This document shows, in pieces, positions 38,236 through 48,198 of a stretch of 64,000 bases of DNA; position 1 is the stretch's first letter, and each line of letters opens with the position of its first letter. The notes beneath the pieces were generated by a model, which saw nothing but the letters and a program-made list of their open reading frames with translations, was not told the origin of the DNA and made no database searches. A program made the position numbers and the translations under genes. Location: positions 257,140-321,139 of the IMG/VR virus record IMGVR_UViG_3300031951_000003. One strand, 5' to 3'.

Positions 38236-40614
38236 TTATTGAGAAACTTTAGAAATATTTTCCGTTTTTGAAATTCTAACCACATTATTAGCCCAATTGT
38301 TTACCAAAGGATTGTGCGTGATAACAAAAATCTTCTCGAAGTATTCTCTCATCTTAGAAAAAAACTCCCCTACCATTTCTAAGTTTTCGTTTGAAATCTT
38401 ACCAAAAACTTCGTCCCATACAATAATGTTTGGTTTTGGTAATGAACACACTTTTGACAACACGGCTCTTAGTGCCATAGCAGCTATCGTTCTTTCATAA
38501 CCAGACCCTGATGTCATTGGTTTTTCGATTCCAGTTGAATTATCAATCATCATGAATTCTACCTCATTTTTATCGTTAATTCTTATTTCAAGATTGAAAT
38601 AACAAGAATCCATGAGGAGTCTTTGAAGTTCTTGATTGATTAACGGCATCATCGTCTTCATTATAATTTTCGAGATACCATTTTTACCAAATACCTCCAA
38701 ATATATCTTATATATTTTTTCCCTTTCAAACTCCTCGGTAATTGTTTGAATCATTTCGAGATTCTTATCGATTTGTTGTTTGAGGTTTTTTATTTGAAGT
38801 TGGTTAGATGTTATAGTTCTTTCGTAATCTCTCTTCTCATTAATTAAATCGTCTATCCTCATTCCCGCCTTCACTAACTGAGCATCAATATCATTGTTCT
38901 TTTTAATCTTATCTTGAACTTCTTCATATCTTGTCAGTTTGTCTTGAGCTTGCTCGAGTTTAAGTTTCGTAGACTCCAAAGACAATTCATACTTTTCTTT
39001 TATGAGTTTGTTTCTTTCATACTCATCAAAGTCTTTTTTCAGTTGGGTGAAAGACTGTTCTTTTTTTTCTAAATCTCCGATTTCTTTTCTGAATTCCCTG
39101 ACAAGTTTTTTATATCCTTCTAACTGTTCTATTTTTTTCTTTGTTAGGGATGCCTCCATTAATTTGATTCCGCAGTGCTCGCACTGGATTCCATCCCCAT
39201 ACTTTTCTATCAATTCTTGTATTTCTTCAACTTTATTTTCTGCTAACACCAACTCACCATTTCTCGATTTGATTACATCTTTCACCGCGTCGTGTTGGTC
39301 TTCATGATAGAACTCTTTGGGCTCAATAATCTTAACTTCGTTTATTTGAGTTTGAATCGACTTAGATGAATTTTTGAAGTTTTCTATTTCTGTCTTGAGA
39401 GTATTTGGATTTAGTCTAACAAGTTCTTGGTCTATGTCGTTATGCTTGGATTTAAGAAGATTTTCTTTATAATCTTGACCCTTTTGAAGCCTGTTATCAA
39501 CATCTTTCATTTTTTCCTGAGAATCGATAATTTGACTGTCGAGAACTTTTATTTCTTCATTTGACTCTGAATTGTTTTGCTTCAAAGTTTCAGTATTATA
39601 TACATTGGACAACATACCTTTAGAAAAGTCAGAATAAATTTCTTTACCTGTTTCTTCTTTTTTCTTCAGGAATTCGAGCCCCAAAAATCTACTCAACACT
39701 TGTCCACGTGCTGTTGGCTTTGCCTCCAATAAATCCTCTAAATTCGAAGCGGTAGTCACAATGGTCATCAAAAAGTCATCGATATTACCTATCGATTTTT
39801 TGATGAAGTCCTCAGTCTCTCTCCTTTGTTCACCAGTGAAGTTTTGAAGTTGTCCATCAGCGAGTTTTTTGAAAAACTCCAATTCAGTTTTAACATTCCA
39901 TTCTCCTGACTTAGCCTTTTTTCTTTCAATTTGTCTTGCAATAACATATTCCTCACCATCAATAACAATTTCACCTCTAACGGTTACTTTGTTTTTGTCA
40001 GAAAAACGGTTAAAGATTTCCTCTGCTTTCTGTGTTTTGGTTGTTGAGTTAAAGAATAAGAACAATAATAAATCTACCGTCAATACAGTTTTTCCTCCAA
40101 AGTTTGGTGGGTCAGATTCAACTACTGTGATACCATTACACTTGTCAAAATCAATTACTTGATTTTCCCCGTAAGAAAGAAAGTTACTAAACTCTATCTT
40201 TTTGATATACCATCTCTTGAAGGGGGTTACTTCGACCTCATTTATCAACATTCTATTTTCAACCGCTAAGTCGATATTCATGACTTGGTCAAAATACTGA
40301 TGTTGGTTTTTAGATTCCAAGAAATTTCTGACCAACTCTCTGAGATAGTTTTGGTCCATGATATTCATGGTAACATCTATAGTTTGCTGGGTATCGTCTG
40401 TTGTTTTTACTTTGGTAATTACATTTACGTTTGTTGAGGCATACTTCTTCATGAAGTATTGCTTAACAGACTTGATTCTTTCTTGTGTAAAATTTTCAGA
40501 AGAGTCTTCCCAAATCACTTGAATGTAAGGGTTATCCAAAGCTGAAGTATCGAGTTTGTGTGACATCTCTTTGTAGTTAAATTCTGGTTTTGGATTGAAC
40601 AAATCCCATTTCAT
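38236..40614 (-). CDS. SbcC/Rad50/gp46-like ATPase with N-terminal extension
   Basis: IEFSNFLSYG, variant Walker A NFGGKT, coiled coil, CEHC hook, SGSGYE, IVWDEVFG. Confidence 0.88.
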   Translation of the reverse strand: MKWDLFNPKPEFNYKEMSHKLDTSALDNPYIQVIWEDSSENFTQERIKSVKQYFMKKYASTNVNVITKVKTTDDTQQTIDVTMNIMDQNYLRELVRNFLESKNQHQYFDQVMNIDLAVENRMLINEVEVTPFKRWYIKKIEFSNFLSYGENQVIDFDKCNGITVVESDPPNFGGKTVLTVDLLLFLFFNSTTKTQKAEEIFNRFSDKNKVTVRGEIVIDGEEYVIARQIERKKAKSGEWNVKTELEFFKKLADGQLQNFTGEQRRETEDFIKKSIGNIDDFLMTIVTTASNLEDLLEAKPTARGQVLSRFLGLEFLKKKEETGKEIYSDFSKGMLSNVYNTETLKQNNSESNEEIKVLDSQIIDSQEKMKDVDNRLQKGQDYKENLLKSKHNDIDQELVRLNPNTLKTEIENFKNSSKSIQTQINEVKIIEPKEFYHEDQHDAVKDVIKSRNGELVLAENKVEEIQELIEKYGDGIQCEHCGIKLMEASLTKKKIEQLEGYKKLVREFRKEIGDLEKKEQSFTQLKKDFDEYERNKLIKEKYELSLESTKLKLEQAQDKLTRYEEVQDKIKKNNDIDAQLVKAGMRIDDLINEKRDYERTITSNQLQIKNLKQQIDKNLEMIQTITEEFEREKIYKIYLEVFGKNGISKIIMKTMMPLINQELQRLLMDSCYFNLEIRINDKNEVEFMMIDNSTGIEKPMTSGSGYERTIAAMALRAVLSKVCSLPKPNIIVWDEVFGKISNENLEMVGEFFSKMREYFEKIFVITHNPLVNNWANNVVRISKTENISKVSQ

Positions 40615-40616
40615 TA

Positions 40617-40802
40617 TTATTGAGGTGTTGTTGTTAGACCTGATGTTTGAGCATCTTTCTTCTTCATTTCCTCTATCTGTAGTTTCATTTGTTCCTCAAA
40701 CAATTTTTGCATAACATTTTTTTGTGCATTGATTTGAGTGTTTCTTGATTGAACTCTTTTTCTGTGAGCCTTTGCTCCACCTCTTTTTTTTGACGTTCCC
40801 AT
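40617..40802 (-). CDS. Small basic protein
   Basis: Tiled ORF. Confidence 0.6.
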   Translation of the reverse strand: MGTSKKRGGAKAHRKRVQSRNTQINAQKNVMQKLFEEQMKLQIEEMKKKDAQTSGLTTTPQ

Positions 40803-40805
40803 TTT

Positions 40806-41159
40806 TTAATTGTTTTGTTGTGGTCTATTTTGTTCAAACCACTCGATTATTGAATTAATTGCCCATACAGAACCAGAAGCCAACATCCCATCAAAAAACC
40901 ACGATACAAATGGTGATACTTCAAGTATAGTATGAACTGGTGAATATAAGAAAATTCCGAAGAAAAATCCAACCCAAGTTGGTGTGCACATCATACATTT
41001 CAACATATCGGATAAGAAAACCCAAAATCCATTGAATAGTGTATGCTCGCTTGCCGCCAATTTGTTTATTTTATTTCTCGGTCCGTTGAAAATGCTCCCA
41101 TAAACCAAGATGTTGCTTATTCCATAAGTCATTATCATCCATAAAATTAATTGTGTCAT
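40806..41159 (-). CDS. DUF1360-like membrane protein
   Basis: TM helices and a CMMCTPTWVG motif. Confidence 0.55.
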   Translation of the reverse strand: MTQLILWMIMTYGISNILVYGSIFNGPRNKINKLAASEHTLFNGFWVFLSDMLKCMMCTPTWVGFFFGIFLYSPVHTILEVSPFVSWFFDGMLASGSVWAINSIIEWFEQNRPQQNN

Positions 41160-41165
41160 AAAATA

Positions 41166-41981
41166 TTATTTATAAAGATTATCATCAAGATTCGAGCCCC
41201 TCAAGAACATTGCTTTTTTATCTTCTTGGAACTTTTGAATATCTTGAATTGTTTTTTCGTATTCTTTTATTTTTTTGTCTTTTTCTATGTTGTCTTGTTT
41301 TAGTTTCTGAACTGTATTCTGTAAAGCATCCAGTTTAGGTTGTAAATCCCCTCCTGTGACTTTTTCAATCACCACTTCTTTGATGACCTCAATTGGAATT
41401 TCTTTAGTAACCTCCACTATTTTTTCCTGTATCACAACTTTGTCAACAGGGATTTCTTTTACAACTTCAACAATCTTTGGTGGTTGATTTTCCAACTGTT
41501 GTATTTTGAACAACAACTCATTTATTTGAGTATCGTCTGAAACTTTTACGATTTTTTCAATCACTTTTTCAACAGGCACCTCTTTTACTATTTCTTTGAC
41601 CACAACTTTTTCAACAGGGATTTCTTTGATTACCTCGACCACATTTTCAACTACCTTTTCAATTGGAATTTCTTTTATGACCTCAACAATTTTTTCTACA
41701 ATAACCTCTTTGATAACTTCGACTGGTTTTTCAATCTCCACATATTCAATTTTGACAACTTCTTTTTCAATTTCCACCGGTATCTCAACTCTCTTTACAA
41801 CTTCTTTGATGACTTCTTTTTCGGTCACTTTTGGTCCAGCATTTAACAAACCATATCTTTCAATGTTGAATCCAGTTGTAAAGGATTCCTTGACAACTGA
41901 GCTTATAAGTAAATCGTTGAGATTACAATAAGAAACCAATTCTTTAAGTTCATCTTTGGAAAGATTAAGTTTAACTTCCAT
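41166..41981 (-). CDS. Val/Glu/Lys/Ile-Pro repeat protein (articulin/alveolin-like)
   Basis: Many EKIVEVIKEIPV repeats plus a C-terminal coiled coil. Confidence 0.7.
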   Translation of the reverse strand: MEVKLNLSKDELKELVSYCNLNDLLISSVVKESFTTGFNIERYGLLNAGPKVTEKEVIKEVVKRVEIPVEIEKEVVKIEYVEIEKPVEVIKEVIVEKIVEVIKEIPIEKVVENVVEVIKEIPVEKVVVKEIVKEVPVEKVIEKIVKVSDDTQINELLFKIQQLENQPPKIVEVVKEIPVDKVVIQEKIVEVTKEIPIEVIKEVVIEKVTGGDLQPKLDALQNTVQKLKQDNIEKDKKIKEYEKTIQDIQKFQEDKKAMFLRGSNLDDNLYK

Positions 41982-41982
41982 C

Positions 41983-42762
41983 TTAATAATTAACTAACTT
42001 TTCAGTTCCCTTCTCTAAATTATCAATTGAATTAATATAGAATGAAAGGAAAGGTTTAGGGTTAGGTAAATCAATGAAAGTGTATTCGTCTTTTTCGATT
42101 TCGTATACTCCGTATCCGTGTTTCCTTACTGTTTCACCAAAGTTTTGTTGTATAGTGGAACCAATCATATAAGCTTTCTTACCACCAGGTATGTCAAATA
42201 TCTGCCTTTTGTGAATATCGCCACATAGAACTAAATCACACCCTTTGAATTTGTTCGAATCGAAACCATCCTCAAACTTATAACCAATATCAGTGTATAA
42301 TCCTTGAACGGGTCCATGAAATAAACCTATATTAATTCTTTCTGACTTTTTTATTTCAGGTGGAATGTTATGCTCCATGAGAGAGAACACACACCAATTA
42401 ATATTATCATCCTCATAAACACCTCTGTTTTTGAAATAAGAAATGTTTTCGTTTTTGAGTGAGTCTATTATCGGTGTCAATGCATCGAGACGAGTGTTGT
42501 TGTTTTCCAAAAAATCATGATTACCGATAATTACAATTGTTTTTGTTATTTCAGCACATTGAGCCAAAACCCAAGCAACAAATTCAACCAATTCAGGTGT
42601 CATTTGATTTTTGGAGTGAACCAAGTCACCTGTGAATACAATTCTATCAGGCGCAAGAGCTTTCCACTCGCTAAGTGCTTGCATCAAAATCCCACGATAA
42701 AGTTCGTGGTCTTTGAACAACCTAATATGAAGGTCAGAAAAATGGACTAATTTTTTAATCAT
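41983..42762 (-). CDS. SbcD/Mre11/gp47-like metallophosphoesterase (catalytic domain only)
   Basis: HFSDLH, TGDLVH, IGNHD, FHG, GDIH. Confidence 0.85.
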   Translation of the reverse strand: MIKKLVHFSDLHIRLFKDHELYRGILMQALSEWKALAPDRIVFTGDLVHSKNQMTPELVEFVAWVLAQCAEITKTIVIIGNHDFLENNNTRLDALTPIIDSLKNENISYFKNRGVYEDDNINWCVFSLMEHNIPPEIKKSERINIGLFHGPVQGLYTDIGYKFEDGFDSNKFKGCDLVLCGDIHKRQIFDIPGGKKAYMIGSTIQQNFGETVRKHGYGVYEIEKDEYTFIDLPNPKPFLSFYINSIDNLEKGTEKLVNY

Positions 42763-42991
42763 TAATTAATGATTTTGTTTCTTCTTCAAATGGATTAAAT
42801 CCTTTATTAACATGTCCACAACTATCACACTTTGTTACTGAGAAGGGAACATTTGTGTCTTCTCGGGAACCTGTCATCAGTGCAGGAACTCTTTTTAGAA
42901 GTAATACTTCACGGAAAAAAATCCCACCACAGTTCTCACACTTGACGTTGTCACATTGTCTCAAATCAATTTTTGGGGTTAAATCTTGCAT
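42755..42991 (-). CDS. Zinc-ribbon protein
   Basis: CENC...CDSC. Confidence 0.65.
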   Translation of the reverse strand: MQDLTPKIDLRQCDNVKCENCGGIFFREVLLLKRVPALMTGSREDTNVPFSVTKCDSCGHVNKGFNPFEEETKSLIND

Positions 42992-43022
42992 ACAGTTTTT
43001 ATTTAAAATATAGTAAAAATTA

Positions 43023-43865
43023 TTATTTATTCAAATATTTTTTGATGTCCATACCCATCACAGTTTCGATTACTTTTTTTGGAACTCTGAACTCTTCAAA
43101 TTGTGTATCTTCTCTGAGATGTGCAATAATACAACCATAAACTTTGATATTTTCATATTTGGAACCCTTTAACATTTTCAATAAGAGTTTTCCATAAAGA
43201 GGTAATTGAACAAAATAATGTCCCAAGGCATTATTCGGTAATTCCTCGAAAGGTTCATACATTCTTTCTGTGTAATCATTTTCAAGGAAGTTTTTTGGTT
43301 TATTTGTTTTCCAATCTGTAATTAACAATCCGAAGTCATTTTTATTAACATTATGGGTTAACCATACTTTATCAGGTTGACCCGTATAACCAAGTTCAGG
43401 GTCTCCGAGAACCATCTCGGTATCTAACAATACAACTTCTCTTTGTTCCAATAAATCCAAATATCTTTTACCCGCAACTATCATTTTATCACTTTTCATG
43501 AGTTGGGTTAAATCGCATTCGAAAACAGGTTTTCTAACCTCTTTATAGGAACCATATCTCTTAATGGCTTCTTCTTCCAAAACGAAGTGCACTCTACTTC
43601 CCAAATTCGTGGAATAAGAACCAGCTGCCGCCCATTCCTCGATAAGTTGTTGTTGTTTTTCAGGGTCACCACCAGCTTTATTATACGCAGCTTCCTCGGT
43701 GGGAAATGGCTTATAAAAATGTTTCAAGACTTTCGAAACTGATGGCCAACTTGTCTTACCATCCATTGTGTATATATGTTTTTCTTCTTGGAAAGTAAGA
43801 CCTAATTCGTCTTGTCTTCGGGAAATTATTTCCCTTAATTCATTGGCTACGTTACTTAATTTCAT
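43023..43865 (-). CDS. PD-(D/E)xK exonuclease
   Basis: PSVSKVL, LGSRVH..LE, GQPD, ITDWKT, YFVQLPLY. Confidence 0.8.
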   Translation of the reverse strand: MKLSNVANELREIISRRQDELGLTFQEEKHIYTMDGKTSWPSVSKVLKHFYKPFPTEEAAYNKAGGDPEKQQQLIEEWAAAGSYSTNLGSRVHFVLEEEAIKRYGSYKEVRKPVFECDLTQLMKSDKMIVAGKRYLDLLEQREVVLLDTEMVLGDPELGYTGQPDKVWLTHNVNKNDFGLLITDWKTNKPKNFLENDYTERMYEPFEELPNNALGHYFVQLPLYGKLLLKMLKGSKYENIKVYGCIIAHLREDTQFEEFRVPKKVIETVMGMDIKKYLNK

Positions 43866-44769
43866 AATAGAATTCTTCGATGTTACCTTTCAAATCACAA
43901 ACGTCTTTGTCTTTAGGTAATTTAACAATTTTTATTTTATTATACAAACGACCTCCATTCAGTTCGTGATACATTTTGAGACCGTCATCCCAAGCATCAC
44001 CATCGACACATATTGTAATATTTCCATTTGCCCTTGTATAAAGGGTTTCGAAAATGAGTTTACTCATTTTTTTACCAAGCATCACTAACGGGTTTGGAAG
44101 AAAGAATGAGTCAAAGGCACCTTCTACGAGGTATATTTCCTTATCCCAATCAATTAGTTTTTCATTGAATATGATTTCGTCTTTAGGGACTGAAGCAGGA
44201 TTTTTGTATTTCATCTTTTTATTAACCCATGCTCTACCAACAAAATAATTCAAGACACCTTCTTTGTCAAAAGACGGTATAATTACTCTATATGCAAAAT
44301 CTCCTTGAACCGTATATCCAATCTTATATTTTTCAATCATTTCATCTGATATACCACGAGATTGAAGGTATTTGTAAGCTTCAATATGAGGAATGAATCT
44401 AGGATTTGAATCTTTAAATAAAGTGAACCCTTCAGGTAGTCTTAATCTGAGTCTTTTTTTATCCTCCTGTTTGAACTCTTCGGGTTTGATAAGATTGTAA
44501 ACTTTCTTTTGTTGTTTTGTTGCATGTCCATCGAAAAGTTTACCCAAGGGTCCGTGTGTTCCGTGAGTTTCACCACAAGCCCAACATTTGTAAACGTGTC
44601 GGATATAGTTAATCTCAAGGTTTCCTTTACCGTCTCCTTTATCCAAACCTTTTTCATCCGCACAGACAGGGCAGTCAAAAGATATTTGCCCCTTTGATTC
44701 ATAGTGCTGATTAGGTTCACCTAAAAAATCACTAAGGAGTTCAACTAAAACCTCTATTTCATCACTCAT
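43852..44769 (-). CDS. DNA primase (Zn finger + TOPRIM)
   Basis: CPVC...CWAC, YLQSRGI, LVEGAFD, DGD, DVCD. Confidence 0.85.
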   Translation of the reverse strand: MSDEIEVLVELLSDFLGEPNQHYESKGQISFDCPVCADEKGLDKGDGKGNLEINYIRHVYKCWACGETHGTHGPLGKLFDGHATKQQKKVYNLIKPEEFKQEDKKRLRLRLPEGFTLFKDSNPRFIPHIEAYKYLQSRGISDEMIEKYKIGYTVQGDFAYRVIIPSFDKEGVLNYFVGRAWVNKKMKYKNPASVPKDEIIFNEKLIDWDKEIYLVEGAFDSFFLPNPLVMLGKKMSKLIFETLYTRANGNITICVDGDAWDDGLKMYHELNGGRLYNKIKIVKLPKDKDVCDLKGNIEEFYYEIK

Positions 44770-44927
44770 ATGTCGATATCTTTAGGTGCTTCTGCCACAA
44801 CGTGTTTTCTCCACCATTTTTTTACCGGATGATTTTCATCAAAATTTTTTTCTATGAAACCAGCAAAAATGAAGAAAACGACCGTTATAATAAGAAGCGT
44901 GACCCAAATGTAAAAAAATATTATCAT
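44766..44927 (-). CDS. Small membrane protein (53 aa, not in the ORF track)
   Basis: MIIFFYIWVTLLIITVVFFIFAGFIEK...; ATGA overlaps at both ends. Confidence 0.55.
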   Translation of the reverse strand: MIIFFYIWVTLLIITVVFFIFAGFIEKNFDENHPVKKWWRKHVVAEAPKDIDI

Positions 44928-45292
44928 TTCCAAATAATTTTCTTAATCAAATCATAATAGGGTATTTCAATATCGAAATACTTTAAGTAAGTTTTAACAT
45001 CAAAAAAAATGTTTCGTCTTATGAATCGATTGACTTTAATTTTTGAAACTCTTCCCCCATTTGGAAAAACGTCAGTCATGACTGAAGAACTATACCAATC
45101 TTTTTTCCTATTATAGTGAACGAAAATTTGCCCTTCGAATATTATATCTACTTCTTCGAGGTGAGAGTATGAACGGTAGTTTTTGATTGTAAAAGTTCCT
45201 TTGAGTTGTGAGTTGGATATGGGTATCTTGTTACCAAATTTTTTTACAACTTTGGAAATTGACTTTGTGTGTGGTGTTCTCAACATGTGCAT
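44924..45292 (-). CDS. Hypothetical protein
   Basis: TATCTTTG promoter motif upstream. Confidence 0.55.
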   Translation of the reverse strand: MHMLRTPHTKSISKVVKKFGNKIPISNSQLKGTFTIKNYRSYSHLEEVDIIFEGQIFVHYNRKKDWYSSSVMTDVFPNGGRVSKIKVNRFIRRNIFFDVKTYLKYFDIEIPYYDLIKKIIWK

Positions 45293-45320
45293 ACCACAAA
45301 GATATGCTTTGTTCTTTAAA

Positions 45321-45923
45321 TCACCAAATTTCTTTCATCTTCATGTAACCTAGTGCTGCACAGTAAGCGTCTGTTTGGTCGAAGTTTTCTTTTTTAAGGG
45401 TGTTGTTTTTTGTGTATAACCAAGTAATTTGTGGTTCTCTTTTCGCAATCAACTCCCATATGATAACTTTTTTATCTATGTCTTTAGGAAAACCCCCGAA
45501 CAATACAAATTTACCTTTATCATTTTTCTGAACTAAGTGTGGGAATGCAAATTTTCTTGAGTTGTAAGTAGACATAAATTCAGGAACTACTCCTAAGATA
45601 TCATACACTTCTTTACAAATCAAAGTGTTGAACCTCATAAGAGTTCCAACCGTATACACGTTGTTTGAATTAAGTAGTGGTTCCTCGATAATGACATTTT
45701 GGATTCCTAATCCTACATATTCAGAAAGTTTGTTCCTAAAAATGCCCGATTTGAGAATGAGTTCCTCGATTTTATTTTCACTTTTTGGTTTTGGGACCGG
45801 TGAAATATGTGTAAGTTCTAATAAATTTTTTGATTCAATATCAAACAAAGCCCATCCAATAGTTTTGGTGGACACATCCAATCCTAAAATCTTAGGGGAG
45901 TCTTTAACAATATTTTTAGCCAT
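45321..45923 (-). CDS. RuvC-like Holliday junction resolvase
   Basis: ILGLDVSTKTIGWA, IIEEP, DQTDAYC. Confidence 0.8.
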   Translation of the reverse strand: MAKNIVKDSPKILGLDVSTKTIGWALFDIESKNLLELTHISPVPKPKSENKIEELILKSGIFRNKLSEYVGLGIQNVIIEEPLLNSNNVYTVGTLMRFNTLICKEVYDILGVVPEFMSTYNSRKFAFPHLVQKNDKGKFVLFGGFPKDIDKKVIIWELIAKREPQITWLYTKNNTLKKENFDQTDAYCAALGYMKMKEIW

Positions 45924-45924
45924 A

Positions 45925-48168
45925 TTAAAAATCTAATTTCACTACGTATTGTTGAATACCTTGTCTCAATTCGGGAGACTGTAGCTTAGATATAACAATA
46001 AGGTCTTTATTGGAATCGTAAAGACCAATTTCGGTAACATATGAAGTAGTTCCACTTGTCCATGTTGGGTTAGAAGTGTTAGTGAATTGATTTCTTCCCA
46101 AATTTATCAAGTATCTCATCTCATATATTGTTGCCGAAATATCTGTTGTGAAATTACCATAGAAGTAATACTCATCACCAAAATTCAAATAATCTGTTTG
46201 ATTGTTTGTTGGAATGTCTATGTAAGAGGCGAGGTTATATATATCACTGTTTGTAACTGCACTTTGATACGTTGCCAAATCTATTTGGAATGTTGTGCCT
46301 GTCAATCCTGACATTGTAATATATCCATTAACCGATGAACCAGATATTTGGTCTGTAACATCAATGTATTTCCAATCAGTTGGACTTGGTCTAGTGTCAC
46401 CTGAAACCATTTGACAAAGAATCATCAATGAGTTTGCACAATATCCTGTCAGATTAATAGCCGTAGAAGAAGGTGAAGGTTGATTCAAAAATTGAAACTC
46501 TGGTCCGAATCTGACAGCAACATTTTGACTTGTGTCTGTGCAACCTGTTGAAGGTCCAACAATTTTCGAATAATAATTACAGTGTAATGAATCAGTAAAT
46601 CCTGTATTGTTGAATCTATAGGTTACCCAAAGTGTTTGTGTATCAGCAGTAAGTAAACCTGTGGCGGTTGAGTTGTTCGTGAAACAAGTATTAGGTGCCA
46701 AATAAGAAAGTTTAGGTGCTGATAGAGTCCAGTTTCTATTAGCCTTATAAGACATAGCCGCTATTACCTCCTCATCGTCAATTACAATGGTCTGTGAATC
46801 AGGGAAAACCTTGCCAATTCTATTCAAATTACCATTACTATCAGGATTTGTATCCCAAAGATGATAATAACGAATACCAGGGTCGTTCATATCAATGTTT
46901 TTGGTTGATTTGATATAGTATGGTTTACATAAATCATAACCTGGTGGGTCGATAAAGAATGTTTGACCAATTGTGTTTCCTGTCGACTTATGCCACATCA
47001 AAGTAGGTATTGTAACCTTAAGGTGTCTCGCTAAACCTGTTTGATTCGAAGGGTTCTGTGGGTCATAAGGAATAGTTGAAAACTTCTCGCCATAAACATG
47101 GTCAATATCTTGATTAGTGTAGTGTATGATTGCAATTGCTTTTTGGTCTTGGGGTCTAACAACTACTTTCTCATCAAACGAATTGTAATAAAAAACTTGA
47201 CTTGTATCGGTTTGACCTGAAGGCTCTTGATATCCCAAATATTCTTTAGTCCCGATGTAAGTTACTGAACCGTATTTTGTATAATCTTCATAAGCGTTAC
47301 TGAAAAGACCAGCAGGACTTTCTGACCAAGGAATATTCATGTTCCAAATTAAAGTATTTTCACGGTTTGAAACATCACATGGTGATTCAAAATTAATAGT
47401 GTCAGTCTGCCAATAAGGTGCTGGTGTTATGAAATCATAAAGAACAGTCATACCTGAAGGATATATCAGAACTCTTGCATATTCTCCTGATAATGAAAAA
47501 GAACTTAAATCTGGAACACTTCTATCTAAGGTAAGTGTCCATGGAGTTGTTCCAGAGGTTCCTGTTGAAGGGCTTATGTTTTGAATTTTATATGTGAAAA
47601 CAGGATAGTTACCTACAAAACCTGTAAGTCCTACTCCGAGTATTAATGTAACAAAATCACCTATTGAGGGTGTTCCTGATGATGGCTCGAGTGTAAGTGG
47701 GTTTGTATCTAATTCGATGTCTATCGTTGTTTGACCTGTGAGCGTATCTTGTGCAACCCAATAGTTAGAAGTTATTGTATATGCAGATGAAGTTTGTGCC
47801 GTCCAACTACCTTGAGTTCCTCCCGTCATGAAAAATCCTTTTTCACCAGCAGAATTATAAACTTCTTGAAATGTAGAATCCATGTAAGGTATTCCGTATG
47901 TGTTACCGATACCACCCTGAACATAGTAAGGATATTTCACATTTTCTTTGTTGGACTGAGGGGAACCTGTGTCATTTTGAGCATTGAAATCAGGCATCAA
48001 AATGTTATTATTAGTTTGATTATAGTTAGGAACGGCCTGATAATTAACTTCACTATCCCCTATTTGGAAATAAGAAATGTTGAAATTCCCTTGTGATATC
48101 TTTCTACGACCAACGTCAGTTAATCTTGTGTTAATTAGACCCGAAGTATTTTTAATTATATAAGCCAT
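45925..48168 (-). CDS. Putative baseplate/tail structural protein
   Basis: N-terminal TRLTDVGRRKI..G...YFQIGDSE and C-terminal VTEIGLYD...LIVISKL resemble baseplate/fibre-attachment proteins. Confidence 0.55.
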   Translation of the reverse strand: MAYIIKNTSGLINTRLTDVGRRKISQGNFNISYFQIGDSEVNYQAVPNYNQTNNNILMPDFNAQNDTGSPQSNKENVKYPYYVQGGIGNTYGIPYMDSTFQEVYNSAGEKGFFMTGGTQGSWTAQTSSAYTITSNYWVAQDTLTGQTTIDIELDTNPLTLEPSSGTPSIGDFVTLILGVGLTGFVGNYPVFTYKIQNISPSTGTSGTTPWTLTLDRSVPDLSSFSLSGEYARVLIYPSGMTVLYDFITPAPYWQTDTINFESPCDVSNRENTLIWNMNIPWSESPAGLFSNAYEDYTKYGSVTYIGTKEYLGYQEPSGQTDTSQVFYYNSFDEKVVVRPQDQKAIAIIHYTNQDIDHVYGEKFSTIPYDPQNPSNQTGLARHLKVTIPTLMWHKSTGNTIGQTFFIDPPGYDLCKPYYIKSTKNIDMNDPGIRYYHLWDTNPDSNGNLNRIGKVFPDSQTIVIDDEEVIAAMSYKANRNWTLSAPKLSYLAPNTCFTNNSTATGLLTADTQTLWVTYRFNNTGFTDSLHCNYYSKIVGPSTGCTDTSQNVAVRFGPEFQFLNQPSPSSTAINLTGYCANSLMILCQMVSGDTRPSPTDWKYIDVTDQISGSSVNGYITMSGLTGTTFQIDLATYQSAVTNSDIYNLASYIDIPTNNQTDYLNFGDEYYFYGNFTTDISATIYEMRYLINLGRNQFTNTSNPTWTSGTTSYVTEIGLYDSNKDLIVISKLQSPELRQGIQQYVVKLDF

Positions 48169-48198
48169 TACGAATAAATATTTGTCATCCTTTTTTTA

